A DNA stretch of 64,000 nt, from the IMG/VR virus record IMGVR_UViG_3300021426_000069; one strand, given 5' to 3'. The position numbers and the translations under genes were made by a program. Shown one piece after another: positions 1-9,354 of this stretch. Each line of letters begins with the position of its first letter. The stretch's first letter is position 1. The notes under the pieces were generated by a model that worked only from the letters and a program-made list of their open reading frames with translations, had not been told where the DNA came from and ran no database searches. The stretch is from an uncultured virus (IMG/VR IMGVR_UViG_3300021426_000069) (taxonomy: Duplodnaviria; Heunggongvirae; Uroviricota; Caudoviricetes).

Positions 1-477
1 AAAAAAAAAAAAAAAAAAAAAAAAAAGACAATACTTTCCCATTATATTATAATATATTTTTTAAATAAAATCAAATAATATAAATTAAGCATCGTCTAAA
101 TCGTAAAAAGGACGCGGTCGGTTTCCGCATCCTATTATTATTATTCTCTCCCATTATAATTATATCAAATTTTTTAATAAAAATCAAGAGAAGCAAAATA
201 AGCCTCGAAAAGTTAATTATTTTTATTAGTTCTTAACATTTTTACGTCAAAAGTATAAAGTCAATAGATAAAGCCAAATTACAAGTCAAGAGCCTAACAA
301 AAAAGAGTTCTTTAAACTCTTCATTTTTTATATATAACAAAAACGATAACGATAAGGATGAAATAAGAAGCTCATATATCGGGACCCGAGGCACCACACA
401 TCGCCCATTCCTTAATCCAGACCATATATTTCTTATATCAATAGCAAATCAATCAAGCTATCGTTCTTATCTCTTAT

Positions 478-747
478 CTACCATCGTCCACCGGAAAAAT
501 AAGTAATACTATTGTTACCACTAATAATAATAGTGTCTTCATCTTCCTTTATTTGTGCCTTTCTTACAATTTCATCAAACTCTTCTAAACCTGCAAAACA
601 ACCTTCTACTTCAGCTTTTAACTTCCTTATATCTCTATCTTTACTATCAATATATTCTTTACATGCGGCAGCCACTTTATTCTTATAACCATCTACTATA
701 AAATTTATCTCATCAATAGTCAAATCTAATTTATCTACTTCTACCAT
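478..747 (-). CDS. hypothetical protein
   Basis: 89-aa ORF with GAGGT RBS-like site upstream; no recognisable motif. Confidence 0.6.
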   Translation of the reverse strand: MVEVDKLDLTIDEINFIVDGYKNKVAAACKEYIDSKDRDIRKLKAEVEGCFAGLEEFDEIVRKAQIKEDEDTIIISGNNSITYFSGGRW

Positions 748-798
748 ATGCGGTAATACCTCACTTTCTATCTCCTCATATCGGATCAGCCCAGCCTT

Positions 799-1135
799 AA
801 AAAAGAGCGAAGCTCTTTTTTCTTTTCAGAATTTGTCTGAATTCTGAAAATTCTCTTATATTATATTAGTTTTTCAGAATACTCCGAAAAGACTCTTTTT
901 AGAATCGGAAAAGACTCTGAAAAAGACTCTTTTTCCGACAAATTCATTAACTTTTCAGACAAATCTAGCATTTTATTTAAGCATTTTTGTCTTAAAACTT
1001 GTCTTAAAAGACTCTTATAAGATTCCGAAAAGATTCTTTTTCAGACAAAATCATATACTTTTCAGACAACTCGTCGGAAAAACCATTTGTCGACTTTTCA
1101 GACATTTACAGAATTTTTCGTCCGAAAATTCCAAA
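799..1135. repeat. cluster of short direct and inverted repeats (candidate origin/iteron region)
   Basis: Non-coding; several copies of TTTTC(A/C)GACA and AAAAGACTCT plus inverted repeats such as TTTTCAGAATT...AATTCTGAAAA; lies just downstream of a replication-initiator-like gene. Confidence 0.55.
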
Positions 1136-1217
1136 AAGTAATTCTTAAATTTTGCAACTTTCAATCTTAATCATGCGGAAGCACCCCCTAAAAGATCTTT
1201 GATCGAGAACTACCGCC

Positions 1218-1676
1218 CTAAAAAGTAAAGTCTTTTTTACTTGTAGGAGTTTCATCTACGCCCCCTAAAAAGTTGGGATCTTTTCTATTTATCCAACCCT
1301 TATTACTATATAGACCTTTTAGATTAACTTCGCCCCCATATTTTTCTTCAAGAGCATTAGCTACTTCTCTTCCTGTTTTAAATTGTTGACATAATTGCCA
1401 AACTTCAACAGCATCATATTTTTGCGGTCTTCCATTATCTTTACTACCGCCGCCTTCAAATTTTTGTTTATAATTGCTTATTCTATCTATATTAGGATAG
1501 ATTAAGTTTAAAGACATCTTAACTGTCTTATTTTCAGGGTTTATTTTTTCATCATATAGCCCGTACATAACAATTCCATATATATATTCTTTAAGTTCTT
1601 CTTTGTCAAGTAATTCAAGAGCACTATCAATCCATTCTTGACGAACTGTAATTTTCTTATCTTCCAATGCGGGCAC
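1218..1676 (-). CDS. DUF6291-like phage replication initiator/organiser protein
   Basis: N-terminal helical domain ending IDR...Y...GG.K..GRP as recalled for DUF6291, followed by an HTH-like segment. Confidence 0.5.
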   Translation of the reverse strand: MPALEDKKITVRQEWIDSALELLDKEELKEYIYGIVMYGLYDEKINPENKTVKMSLNLIYPNIDRISNYKQKFEGGGSKDNGRPQKYDAVEVWQLCQQFKTGREVANALEEKYGGEVNLKGLYSNKGWINRKDPNFLGGVDETPTSKKDFTF

Positions 1677-1851
1677 CCCCTTTAATGTGCATAAAGTCTA
1701 GATGAAAGGTTTTATCAACTTCAAATACCCAACACATAAAGCTAGGTTTCTTTGGATTAGGAAGTGTTTCAACGACTTTATGCCCCATATTTTTTAATTC
1801 CATTGCGTACTTCATATTGTACACTGTAAAGTACTTTGTCTTTGTATCCAT
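1657..1851 (-). CDS. DUF5659-like small protein
   Basis: Pattern A.EL...GH......PNPKKP....WVFE. Confidence 0.55.
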   Translation of the reverse strand: MDTKTKYFTVYNMKYAMELKNMGHKVVETLPNPKKPSFMCWVFEVDKTFHLDFMHIKGGARIGR

Positions 1852-1852
1852 C

Positions 1853-2071
1853 TTACTTATCTCCTTTGCTTTCTTTGTATTCTCTTCTCATTTTCTCTAG
1901 ATAAGTTTCTTTATCTTCATCTTGTTCTTCATATTCTATTTCGTAATCATCTACGCCCCATTTAGTAAGAATGATACCTTTCTTTTTCAACGTTTCTTGG
2001 GTTCTTTTAAAGTTTTTATAGATAGTGCTTTCACTTTTCCCAAGTTGTTGAGCGACTTCTCTTAAAGTCAT
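1853..2071 (-). CDS. HTH DNA-binding protein
   Basis: N-terminal MTLREVAQQLGKSESTIYK helix-turn-helix. Confidence 0.7.
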   Translation of the reverse strand: MTLREVAQQLGKSESTIYKNFKRTQETLKKKGIILTKWGVDDYEIEYEEQDEDKETYLEKMRREYKESKGDK

Positions 2072-2228
2072 AATTGTATCTCTCCTTTCTAATCATATAT
2101 CAATATTTTGTTGATAAAATTAATTATGATTGTCCACAGTAAGTTGAATATATTCGTTTTTCTCTGTCTTAAAACCCTTCTTAAAAAGACAACGATTTTT
2201 AAGACACAATAGTAAAAAAGAAGAGCCC

Positions 2229-2411
2229 TTATATAGATATATCAGACTCTTCCTCCTCTTCAAAATCGTCCTCTGTGAAATTATCTTCTGTATCGAAGAA
2301 TTCACTATATGGTCTTATAATGACCATTTGAGGCTTTCTTACTTCGTGAACTATGATAGTTCCAAAGATTAGTTTCAATAGGATAAGTATCCCAATCAAT
2401 ATTTCTAGCAC
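2229..2411 (-). CDS. small membrane protein with acidic tail
   Basis: Hydrophobic N-terminus, acidic C-terminus, GAGGAGG RBS. Confidence 0.5.
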   Translation of the reverse strand: MLEILIGILILLKLIFGTIIVHEVRKPQMVIIRPYSEFFDTEDNFTEDDFEEEEESDISI

Positions 2412-2413
2412 TT

Positions 2414-2752
2414 TTATTCCTCCTCAACTTTATATGAGTTACCAACTACTTTGATTACATCTAAATCCACATCTGCTAATAATATAAAGTTAAACGGTGC
2501 GGAAACTCGCTTCAACCAGAAATCAGTCCCGTCAAATGTAACTTCGTAGTATTGGTTCGTTTTTAAGTTTAATATAATATCGTTCTCAAAAATTTTTATT
2601 CCAAAACAATCATGTAATCCTGAACTAAATCCCACCGAGTTAAGGTCTACCTTATGGCAATCAGTGTCATATATAATATCATCGCCAATCAAACTACCGT
2701 AGACCCATTTATTAGGAGTATCTTTTTGTTGTCCTCGAAATTCAAATCTCAT
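2414..2752 (-). CDS. YopX family protein
   Basis: FRG...WVYGSL...GLHD..G.KIFENDI...VVGN signature. Confidence 0.8.
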   Translation of the reverse strand: MRFEFRGQQKDTPNKWVYGSLIGDDIIYDTDCHKVDLNSVGFSSGLHDCFGIKIFENDIILNLKTNQYYEVTFDGTDFWLKRVSAPFNFILLADVDLDVIKVVGNSYKVEEE

Positions 2753-2785
2753 TATGTAATCTCCTTTCTTTATATAGAAAAGAAA

Positions 2786-2959
2786 TTATTTCCAGTATCG
2801 TTCACAAATTGTTGATATATAATTTTCATTAGGTTCTAGTTGATAGCATTGGTGGTCAATATACATTCCAATAATTACATTTATTACCATTAAAACAAAT
2901 ATAACTACGATAATTATTGCTACTATTGCTAGTATATTTAACAGTTGTTCTTTCTTCAT
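2786..2959 (-). CDS. small membrane protein (57 aa, absent from ORF track)
   Basis: AGGGGG RBS, ATG at 2959, MKKEQLLNILAIVAIIIVVIFVLMVINVII..., TAA at 2786. Confidence 0.6.
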   Translation of the reverse strand: MKKEQLLNILAIVAIIIVVIFVLMVINVIIGMYIDHQCYQLEPNENYISTICERYWK

Positions 2960-2977
2960 AATGCAGTCCCCCTAATT

Positions 2978-3385
2978 TTATTTTTCTTTTTTCTTTCTCT
3001 TTTGAACAAGGTCTAATCTGAATTCATCATCTCCAATATTGAAAGTAATTAACTTAGCCTTGTTTTCTATTTTGATATTAGTTGCAAAAGCTGGAAGTAT
3101 TTTTGCTATTTCTGAGATAACCATTTCTTTTGTTGGATTGTCTTTTACAACTTTTTCTTTTTTGTTTTTTAATACGATAGGTGCTTTTCTTTCGCCCCTA
3201 GTTTTTACTTTGTTCTCTTTTGCTTTTCTGCAAAGTGCTTCTTGTTCTTCATTGATTAAGTATCCTTCGTCTTCTAACCATAGTTGAACAGCTTCATCTT
3301 GGTTTAATTTCATAGTAGACATTAATCTTTGGATATCCTCATCTGGAATTCTAATTTCCTTCGTTTCATTTAATTTATATCTCAT
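2978..3385 (-). CDS. hypothetical protein
   Basis: ORF with own sigma-A-type promoter and RBS; start adjusted to ATG at 3385. Confidence 0.7.
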   Translation of the reverse strand: MRYKLNETKEIRIPDEDIQRLMSTMKLNQDEAVQLWLEDEGYLINEEQEALCRKAKENKVKTRGERKAPIVLKNKKEKVVKDNPTKEMVISEIAKILPAFATNIKIENKAKLITFNIGDDEFRLDLVQKRKKKEK

Positions 3386-3552
3386 AACAATCACCCTTCC
3401 CTTTCATAAGAATTTTTATTATTTTTTCATTTTCTATATATATTATAACATATTTTTTTAAAAATGTCAATAGATTTTTAACCTATTTTTTAAAAAAGTC
3501 GGTGCGGAAATGGGTTGAAAAGAAAAAGAGGGATCTAGCCCCTCATATTATC

Positions 3553-3915
3553 TTAGTCAGCGTTTACTGAGAAGTAAGATTTTTTCTTGTCGATAGTCTT
3601 AACTATTCTACCAGCATTTACTAACATTCTTAATAATGCAGATAATTTTTGGTTTGAGTAGTTAGCCATATCTTCATTTGCTTCTTGTAACTCAGTAACA
3701 GTTACAGGTTTAGCAACAGCAACTAATGCTTCATATACTCCTTCTACTAAAACTTCATTTTCTTTTTGAGTTTTTGTTTTAGTGTTTGATTTCTTTGATA
3801 ACAATTCAACTTGTCTGTCGATGAATTTTATGATTTCATCTCTGTTATCAACATTAACTCCTTCTACGATTTTTTTGATTTCTCCAAAATATTCTTTTTT
3901 AGTCATTTTTTCCAT
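3553..3915 (-). CDS. winged-helix-like DNA-binding protein (paralogue of 25180..25545)
   Basis: N-terminal helices plus C-terminal wHTH-like segment (TVTELQ...SNQKLSALLRMLVNAGRI). Confidence 0.6.
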   Translation of the reverse strand: MEKMTKKEYFGEIKKIVEGVNVDNRDEIIKFIDRQVELLSKKSNTKTKTQKENEVLVEGVYEALVAVAKPVTVTELQEANEDMANYSNQKLSALLRMLVNAGRIVKTIDKKKSYFSVNAD

Positions 3916-4409
3916 TTCTCCTCAATTCCTTTCTTTATATATATTTTTACGAGTGGGTTTAAGTCAACTCGCGGTAACTACGCCCTCTTATATAGCGTCG
4001 GTCGCTCTACGCTTTCTATATTATCGTTTAGGGATAAGGTCTATATCAAACCCCTAAACGGTTATTAGGTTAAAACCGTTTCGCCACTAATAAGACCTTT
4101 TCAGGAAGAAACTTTATCGGCCTCGTCACCAAGTATTCTTGGTAGGTTGGTTCAACTATTTTTCTTTCTTTCTATATATATTATATAATAATTTTTAATT
4201 ATTATCAAATAATCTTTTAAGAATTGGCTGATATATTTCGCTACTCAGTAGCTCAGTATATACTTAACTCCTTCTACCAACAGTGAGTACCAAACCATAT
4301 ATTTATCTTTTTCTTAACTTTTCTATATATATTATATTATATTTTTTATAAAAAATCAAATTATTTTTGAGTACTCAGTAAAATAATTTTTTAGTATATT
4401 TTTTGAGAT

Positions 4410-5140
4410 ATACAAGCTCCCATATTTTGGCTGACTAACCTTCTACAGCAATATGGCGGCACTTTCAACGGGATGCGTCTGCTATAACCCGGCATCCATA
4501 GGTGCTTTTTCCTCCCTCACGGCTGGCATCTAGCTTACCCAGTGAGTCTCCCCAATTTTGTCATTCAGGTTTGGGGTTCGGTCGTGACCTGTAATAATTA
4601 AATTAAATTGGCTTGTTTTCGAGTTCCCCTAAGGCAGTATACCACTCGACGGGATTATCAGCCATTCCATTAAAACTCCACTACATCCTCTTTTATCCTG
4701 CCCTGTAGCCGACAGTCGAGTGAGACTCAGGATAACCTTTTTATTCTCATTCGCATATGCCCCTGATTACTCTTTTTATATATAAACTACCTCCAATTTT
4801 GTCCACAGTCTCTGGCACATACCAAACTTAATCAGTATGGAGGGATCGGGCCCCGTGCGTAATTCTCATATGAGTTGACGCAGGTAGTTTTTAGAAATTG
4901 GATTGCTTTATTTAATGGACTTCTACTTACAGGCTGTACTTCCACCTTTACAGACCTAGCCAATTATTAGTTTTAGGAAGGGAGCTAAAACGTTCCTCGC
5001 AATTACAGCTACTATGTAGCAAACGATACCCGCAATTATATAGCTCCATATGAAGTGGGCTTATTGCCGTAGTTTTTGTTTATGGGAGAACCTCTGTTTA
5101 AGCATTACCCTGCTCACTTAGTGGGTTTCACAAACTCCCG
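4410..5140 (-). ncRNA. large (~700 nt) structured non-coding RNA, family unknown
   Basis: ORF-free, GC-enriched, multiple helices (CACTCGAC/GTCGAGTG, TTATCCTG/CAGGATAA, GGATGC/GCATCC) and long-range CTCCCATA 4417-4424 / TATGGGAG 5081-5088; strand inferred from flanking transcription. Confidence 0.6.
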
Positions 5141-5145
5141 AGTAA

Positions 5146-5376
5146 TTATAGTATTCTTTCTCCTTCGCTGTATTCATATTCTAAATCAGCAATTACTCTT
5201 TTTAATGTGTCTATTGATACTCTATAAGTAGCCATATTTAATATTTTAAGAAATGCTATTATTGCTTCATTACTTGAAATATCTTCATTTAAAGTAATAA
5301 CAGTTTCAATATCATAAGGTTGACCACCAGTGTGTTCATAATGATATGATTCTTGTTTATAAGTAATCTTTATCAT
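5146..5376 (-). CDS. hypothetical protein
   Basis: ORF with promoter and AAGGAG RBS. Confidence 0.65.
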   Translation of the reverse strand: MIKITYKQESYHYEHTGGQPYDIETVITLNEDISSNEAIIAFLKILNMATYRVSIDTLKRVIADLEYEYSEGERIL

Positions 5377-5434
5377 TTTTATCACTCCTTTTTTTATCTA
5401 TATATATTATATTATATTTTTTTATAAAAATCAA

Positions 5435-5707
5435 TTAATCTTTTTTTGAGGCACTTAAGAATGTTATTTTCTCTGCTTCTATAATAATATTATCTTTTTC
5501 AGTTGATACTTTACCTTTTACTCCAATAATGTCCTTAATAGAGCAATAATCTTGAACAGTATCATTTAATTGCCCTCTTACAAAAACAGTTATTAAATCA
5601 TTATCATATTCTCCATTTTCGTTTTTGTAATTTCTTGGGATAGATATTATAATTTTCCCTTCATGCATTTCTTTAATTCTTCCAATTAATACTACTTGAT
5701 TTAACAT
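5435..5707 (-). CDS. ssb: short single-stranded DNA-binding protein (OB fold only)
   Basis: MLNQVVLIGRI...RNYKNENGEY..D.I....IIGVKG...AEKITFL; start adjusted to ATG 5707 after AAAGGTG RBS; no acidic tail. Confidence 0.8.
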   Translation of the reverse strand: MLNQVVLIGRIKEMHEGKIIISIPRNYKNENGEYDNDLITVFVRGQLNDTVQDYCSIKDIIGVKGKVSTEKDNIIIEAEKITFLSASKKD

Positions 5708-5768
5708 TTTTATCACCTTTCCTTTTTTTTCTATATATATTATATAATAATTTTTATAAATTATCAAA

Positions 5769-6023
5769 TTAGATTTCTTCTTCATCATCAAATAATTCAA
5801 TAGCATAATCTAAGATTTCTTCATTGATGAAACCTCTAATATAGTCTTTGTCAAAATAATAATCTATTACTTTGTCTAATTTTTCTTCATCTTCAGGTTT
5901 AATTTCTTGAAGTCCTACATTCCAAGCAACTAATGCTTTGTAGATTTCATTGATATCTCCTTGTGATAACTCTCTATTGATACTGTCTAATAATTCATTT
6001 GCAGTAAATTTTGTATTTTTCAT
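5769..6023 (-). CDS. hypothetical protein
   Basis: ORF with own promoter and RBS. Confidence 0.65.
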   Translation of the reverse strand: MKNTKFTANELLDSINRELSQGDINEIYKALVAWNVGLQEIKPEDEEKLDKVIDYYFDKDYIRGFINEEILDYAIELFDDEEEI

Positions 6024-6080
6024 AATATCACCTTCCCTTTTCTTATTACATATATATTATATAATAATTTTTATTAAAAA

Positions 6081-6317
6081 TCAATAATTAATTAACAACC
6101 CCCAATTTTTAATTATTTTATATATCTCTTGCACTTCTTTGCTTTCTATATGAGTTAATATATAATTCAATATTTCTTGTGTCATATCTTGATATCTATT
6201 TAATTCAAGAGTAGTATGATATAACCATTTATTAGCTTTTTGTTCTTCTGGAGTCTCTCCCTTAAATGCAATATCATCATCTTTTATAATTACATAGGGT
6301 TCTAAATTCTTTTCCAT
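6081..6317 (-). CDS. hypothetical protein
   Basis: 78-aa ORF in gene run. Confidence 0.6.
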   Translation of the reverse strand: MEKNLEPYVIIKDDDIAFKGETPEEQKANKWLYHTTLELNRYQDMTQEILNYILTHIESKEVQEIYKIIKNWGLLINY

Positions 6318-6341
6318 TTGTTTATCACTCTTTTTTTATTT

Positions 6342-6734
6342 TTATAATTCTATAAAACCATAATTTTTTGCGTCTTTTTCATCAATAACAGATAAATGTG
6401 TATCTCCTCCAAAATAAGGTAAATGTCTAATAAAATAATATTCATTTTTATATTTAAAACAAATGCAAGGATAAGATAAGAAATTACTGCCTGTTTCTTC
6501 TAATATATTATATGTTTTAGTAATTTTTTCAGAAAGACTAAAATCCAAACCCGCAATATAATCACATAAATCTATCAAAGCACAACCTTTTTCTATATCT
6601 TCTTCTGTTCTAGTATCATTTATGAATTCACAAGCACAATCTTCACTACCTATCCAATCTAAAGCCGTTTCATCTTCTTTTATTTTTTTTACTAACCATT
6701 CTAAATATTCATACATCTCTTCTTTACTTTTCAT
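6342..6734 (-). CDS. hypothetical protein
   Basis: ORF with own promoter and RBS. Confidence 0.65.
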   Translation of the reverse strand: MKSKEEMYEYLEWLVKKIKEDETALDWIGSEDCACEFINDTRTEEDIEKGCALIDLCDYIAGLDFSLSEKITKTYNILEETGSNFLSYPCICFKYKNEYYFIRHLPYFGGDTHLSVIDEKDAKNYGFIEL

Positions 6735-6808
6735 TATTATCACTTTTCCTTCCTTTTTTATTTTACATATATATTATATTATATTTTTTATTAAAAATCA
6801 AATATAAA

Positions 6809-6975
6809 TTTTAAACTCTTCTTAAAATATAATTGCCGCACAAGTCTATTACCCTATTGTTCACCCTGTGTCTATATACTAACGACTATATACTTTGCGG
6901 CGGTTCGTTATACCTTACTCGATCTTTCACTTTCGGTCTCGCCACCGACAATTGTATTTTAAGAAAAGTTTAAAA
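6809..6975 (-). ncRNA. structured element closed by a 27-bp terminal inverted repeat
   Basis: 6809-6835 pairs with 6949-6975 (25/27 complementary); GC-richer internal helices TCGGT/ACCGA and CCGCA/TGCGG. Confidence 0.5.
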
Positions 6976-7128
6976 TAAACTTTTCTTTTCAGGTGCTTTA
7001 GGTTTGTATCCCATTAGTTTCTTTTCAATTTCAACTAATTCTGCACCTATTTTGTCAAGGTCGGCATCATCAGCCTTCACAATCTCAATAAGTATTTCGT
7101 GAAGTCTTTTCATAATTTTCTTTTTCAT
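6970..7128 (-). CDS. small hypothetical protein (52 aa, absent from ORF track)
   Basis: Promoter, GAAGGG RBS, MKKKIMKRLHEILIEIVKADDADLDKIG... Confidence 0.6.
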   Translation of the reverse strand: MKKKIMKRLHEILIEIVKADDADLDKIGAELVEIEKKLMGYKPKAPEKKSLF

Positions 7129-7203
7129 TAAAATCCCTTCCTTTCTTTTTTACAATATAATTATATAATAATTTTTATAAAAAATCAAAGAAGTTTATTT
7201 ATT

Positions 7204-7992
7204 TTAATCTAAGTCTACTAATTTGCGGATATACTCTCTATTTTCAGTAAAAATAGGTATCTCAGTATCTATGAACCATTTACCATCTTCATCTTTTATT
7301 GCACAAGCCCCGCGTTTAAAATCTGTTCTTTGTTCGTTCCAATTTATGCCTTTTTCAGTAAACATTTTATCTTGTAAATCTTTGCTATTGATACCCTGTA
7401 ATTCTTTATGTGGGTATAATGATTGAGCTAATAAGTTTACACTATTTCTTGTGCAATCTTGTTGACGCCAGATTAAGTTGTTAACTACCTCATATGTTGG
7501 CATATTAAATGCTCTTGCATCAAAGTTAGCCTTATATCTTTTATCTCTTAATAATTCAGCTTTTTTCCAACAATAAAGCTCTTCATCTAACATAAAGTTT
7601 TGATTATGCCATTGAGCATCTATTTCTAACATTTCTATTTCTTTGTCAAGAGCCTTTTGAAAAGCGTTAGTTGCAATACTTGCGGCAACTGAACACATTT
7701 TTTGAACTTGATTATCATACCAAGCCATACTTTCTACTCTTTGATAGTCTACTAATACAAGAGTAATCTCATCAGATTGAGTATAACCCAATACACACCC
7801 TTGAATTTGTTCACATAAAGATTTCATTGTTTTTTGCATTATGTTAATAAGGTTTGTATCATAAGGTCGATCTAATCCTCTTGTCCAAGTGTGGAAATGA
7901 CAACCATCCAATCTAATAATTACTGGTGTTCTACGAAGTAATCTTGTTCTAGATTGCATTTCATATTCTTTCATTCTTTCTCCAAGTGTCAT
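7204..7992 (-). CDS. Thg1-like protein (tRNA-His guanylyltransferase family, 3'-5' polymerase)
   Basis: IIRLDG..FH and YTQSDEI catalytic motifs, FDARAF and WRQQDCTRNS motifs. Confidence 0.95.
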   Translation of the reverse strand: MTLGERMKEYEMQSRTRLLRRTPVIIRLDGCHFHTWTRGLDRPYDTNLINIMQKTMKSLCEQIQGCVLGYTQSDEITLVLVDYQRVESMAWYDNQVQKMCSVAASIATNAFQKALDKEIEMLEIDAQWHNQNFMLDEELYCWKKAELLRDKRYKANFDARAFNMPTYEVVNNLIWRQQDCTRNSVNLLAQSLYPHKELQGINSKDLQDKMFTEKGINWNEQRTDFKRGACAIKDEDGKWFIDTEIPIFTENREYIRKLVDLD

Positions 7993-8008
7993 TTCAATTC
8001 CTCCTTTA

Positions 8009-8434
8009 TTAGTCTATTTGTTCTATTTTTTCAGGTATTTTCTTTTCTTCTAAATTAAAATTTTTAAAATCATATTTTTTTATATACCATTTATCATTTT
8101 CTTTATAAAAATAGCAATTATCTAAATGTAATTTATCAATTCCTAAATCATTTTCATCTAAAGTAATAATACAATCTCTTTTATCATTATTTATATTGAA
8201 TTCTATATCATTAGCATGTAATTCTTTTTCTTCTTCTAGGATTTCTACTTCAGTATTTAAAATATTAAAATTCCATTTTCCGAATAAATAATCTTCTATA
8301 TCTTGATAATTTGCTTTTTCAGTACAATACATATAACCTCGATATTCATATATAATATTATTTATTTTTATTTTCTTTGGTACTTCTTCACCATTTGCTA
8401 TTTTATTTAACAAATCTATTATTCTCATAATCAA
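8009..8434 (-). CDS. hypothetical protein
   Basis: 141-aa ORF in gene run. Confidence 0.65.
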   Translation of the reverse strand: MIMRIIDLLNKIANGEEVPKKIKINNIIYEYRGYMYCTEKANYQDIEDYLFGKWNFNILNTEVEILEEEKELHANDIEFNINNDKRDCIITLDENDLGIDKLHLDNCYFYKENDKWYIKKYDFKNFNLEEKKIPEKIEQID

Positions 8435-8450
8435 TTCACTTCACTTTCAT

Positions 8451-8621
8451 TTAATCTTCGTCTATCTTTTTTATTAACTTTTTAACATTATAATCAAAAT
8501 CATAAACTATCAACCCTGGATAAAACTTATCTCTTTCTATTAGTTCAAAATATGTTTTAGTTTGATTTTGTAATACAATAAGCATTTTTCTTATTTCTTC
8601 TAACTTTTCTTTTTCTGTCAT
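8451..8621 (-). CDS. small hypothetical protein (56 aa, absent from ORF track)
   Basis: AGGAGGTG RBS, ATG overlapping the upstream stop. Confidence 0.6.
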   Translation of the reverse strand: MTEKEKLEEIRKMLIVLQNQTKTYFELIERDKFYPGLIVYDFDYNVKKLIKKIDED

Positions 8622-8806
8622 TATTCCACCTCCTTTTTTAAATTTTTTATCTTCTTTCTAAATTTTTTGTTTTCATTTCTTAGTCTTTCTAATTCTAAAG
8701 GTTCATTTATCTTTTTTATAAACTCTTTAAATAAACCATCTTTGATTATTTCTTTGCGTAAATGTTGGATAACATACGCTAGGAATCCAACCCCCATGAT
8801 CTTCAC
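8621..8806 (-). CDS. hypothetical protein
   Basis: 61-aa ORF; start uncertain. Confidence 0.45.
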   Translation of the reverse strand: MKIMGVGFLAYVIQHLRKEIIKDGLFKEFIKKINEPLELERLRNENKKFRKKIKNLKKEVE

Positions 8807-8860
8807 AAGTCATACTAGTTACTACATACACTATTTCTTTTTTTTTTAATAATATAGAAA

Positions 8861-9295
8861 TTACACTCCTAATTTTCTTATTAACTCATTACATTGTTCT
8901 TTATGGTTTTCGTAATACCACACTCCCCAAGAAGTCGCTTCAAACTCCATAGGAATTAAAAAGTATTTATGATTATATTCAGCGACATCTGATTTACCTT
9001 CTTCATAGTCCAATCTTAATAAACCATATAGAATATCTCTTCCTTCTTCAAGTTCATCTTCATAAGTCATAATATGACCAACTTCATGAAGTAAACTCAT
9101 TAAGAATACATTATATCTTTTACCAAATTGTTCATATAAGAAGTCATCATACATCTTATTTAGTTCTTTATCTTGGTCAAATGTTATATAAATATGTTCT
9201 TCAGGTATATCTACCTCAAAAGTATCAGTGAAAGAAACCTTAAAATCTTTGTCTATACTTTTAACAAATTTTCTAATTAAATCTTTCTTTAACAT
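8861..9295 (-). CDS. HExxH zinc metallopeptidase-like protein
   Basis: SLLHEVGH motif and downstream E..A helix. Confidence 0.7.
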   Translation of the reverse strand: MLKKDLIRKFVKSIDKDFKVSFTDTFEVDIPEEHIYITFDQDKELNKMYDDFLYEQFGKRYNVFLMSLLHEVGHIMTYEDELEEGRDILYGLLRLDYEEGKSDVAEYNHKYFLIPMEFEATSWGVWYYENHKEQCNELIRKLGV

Positions 9296-9354
9296 AATCA
9301 CACACACCTTTCTTATTTATTATATATATATTATATAATAATTTTTATATAAAA

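Noticed and set aside
1..26. Poly-A run at window start
   Set aside because: Homopolymer at the sequence edge, most likely an assembly or end artefact.
5021..5034. 14-nt identity with the 5' end of tRNA-Gly (15721-15734)
   Set aside because: No cloverleaf or matching 3' half and no integrase in the window; cannot be distinguished from chance.
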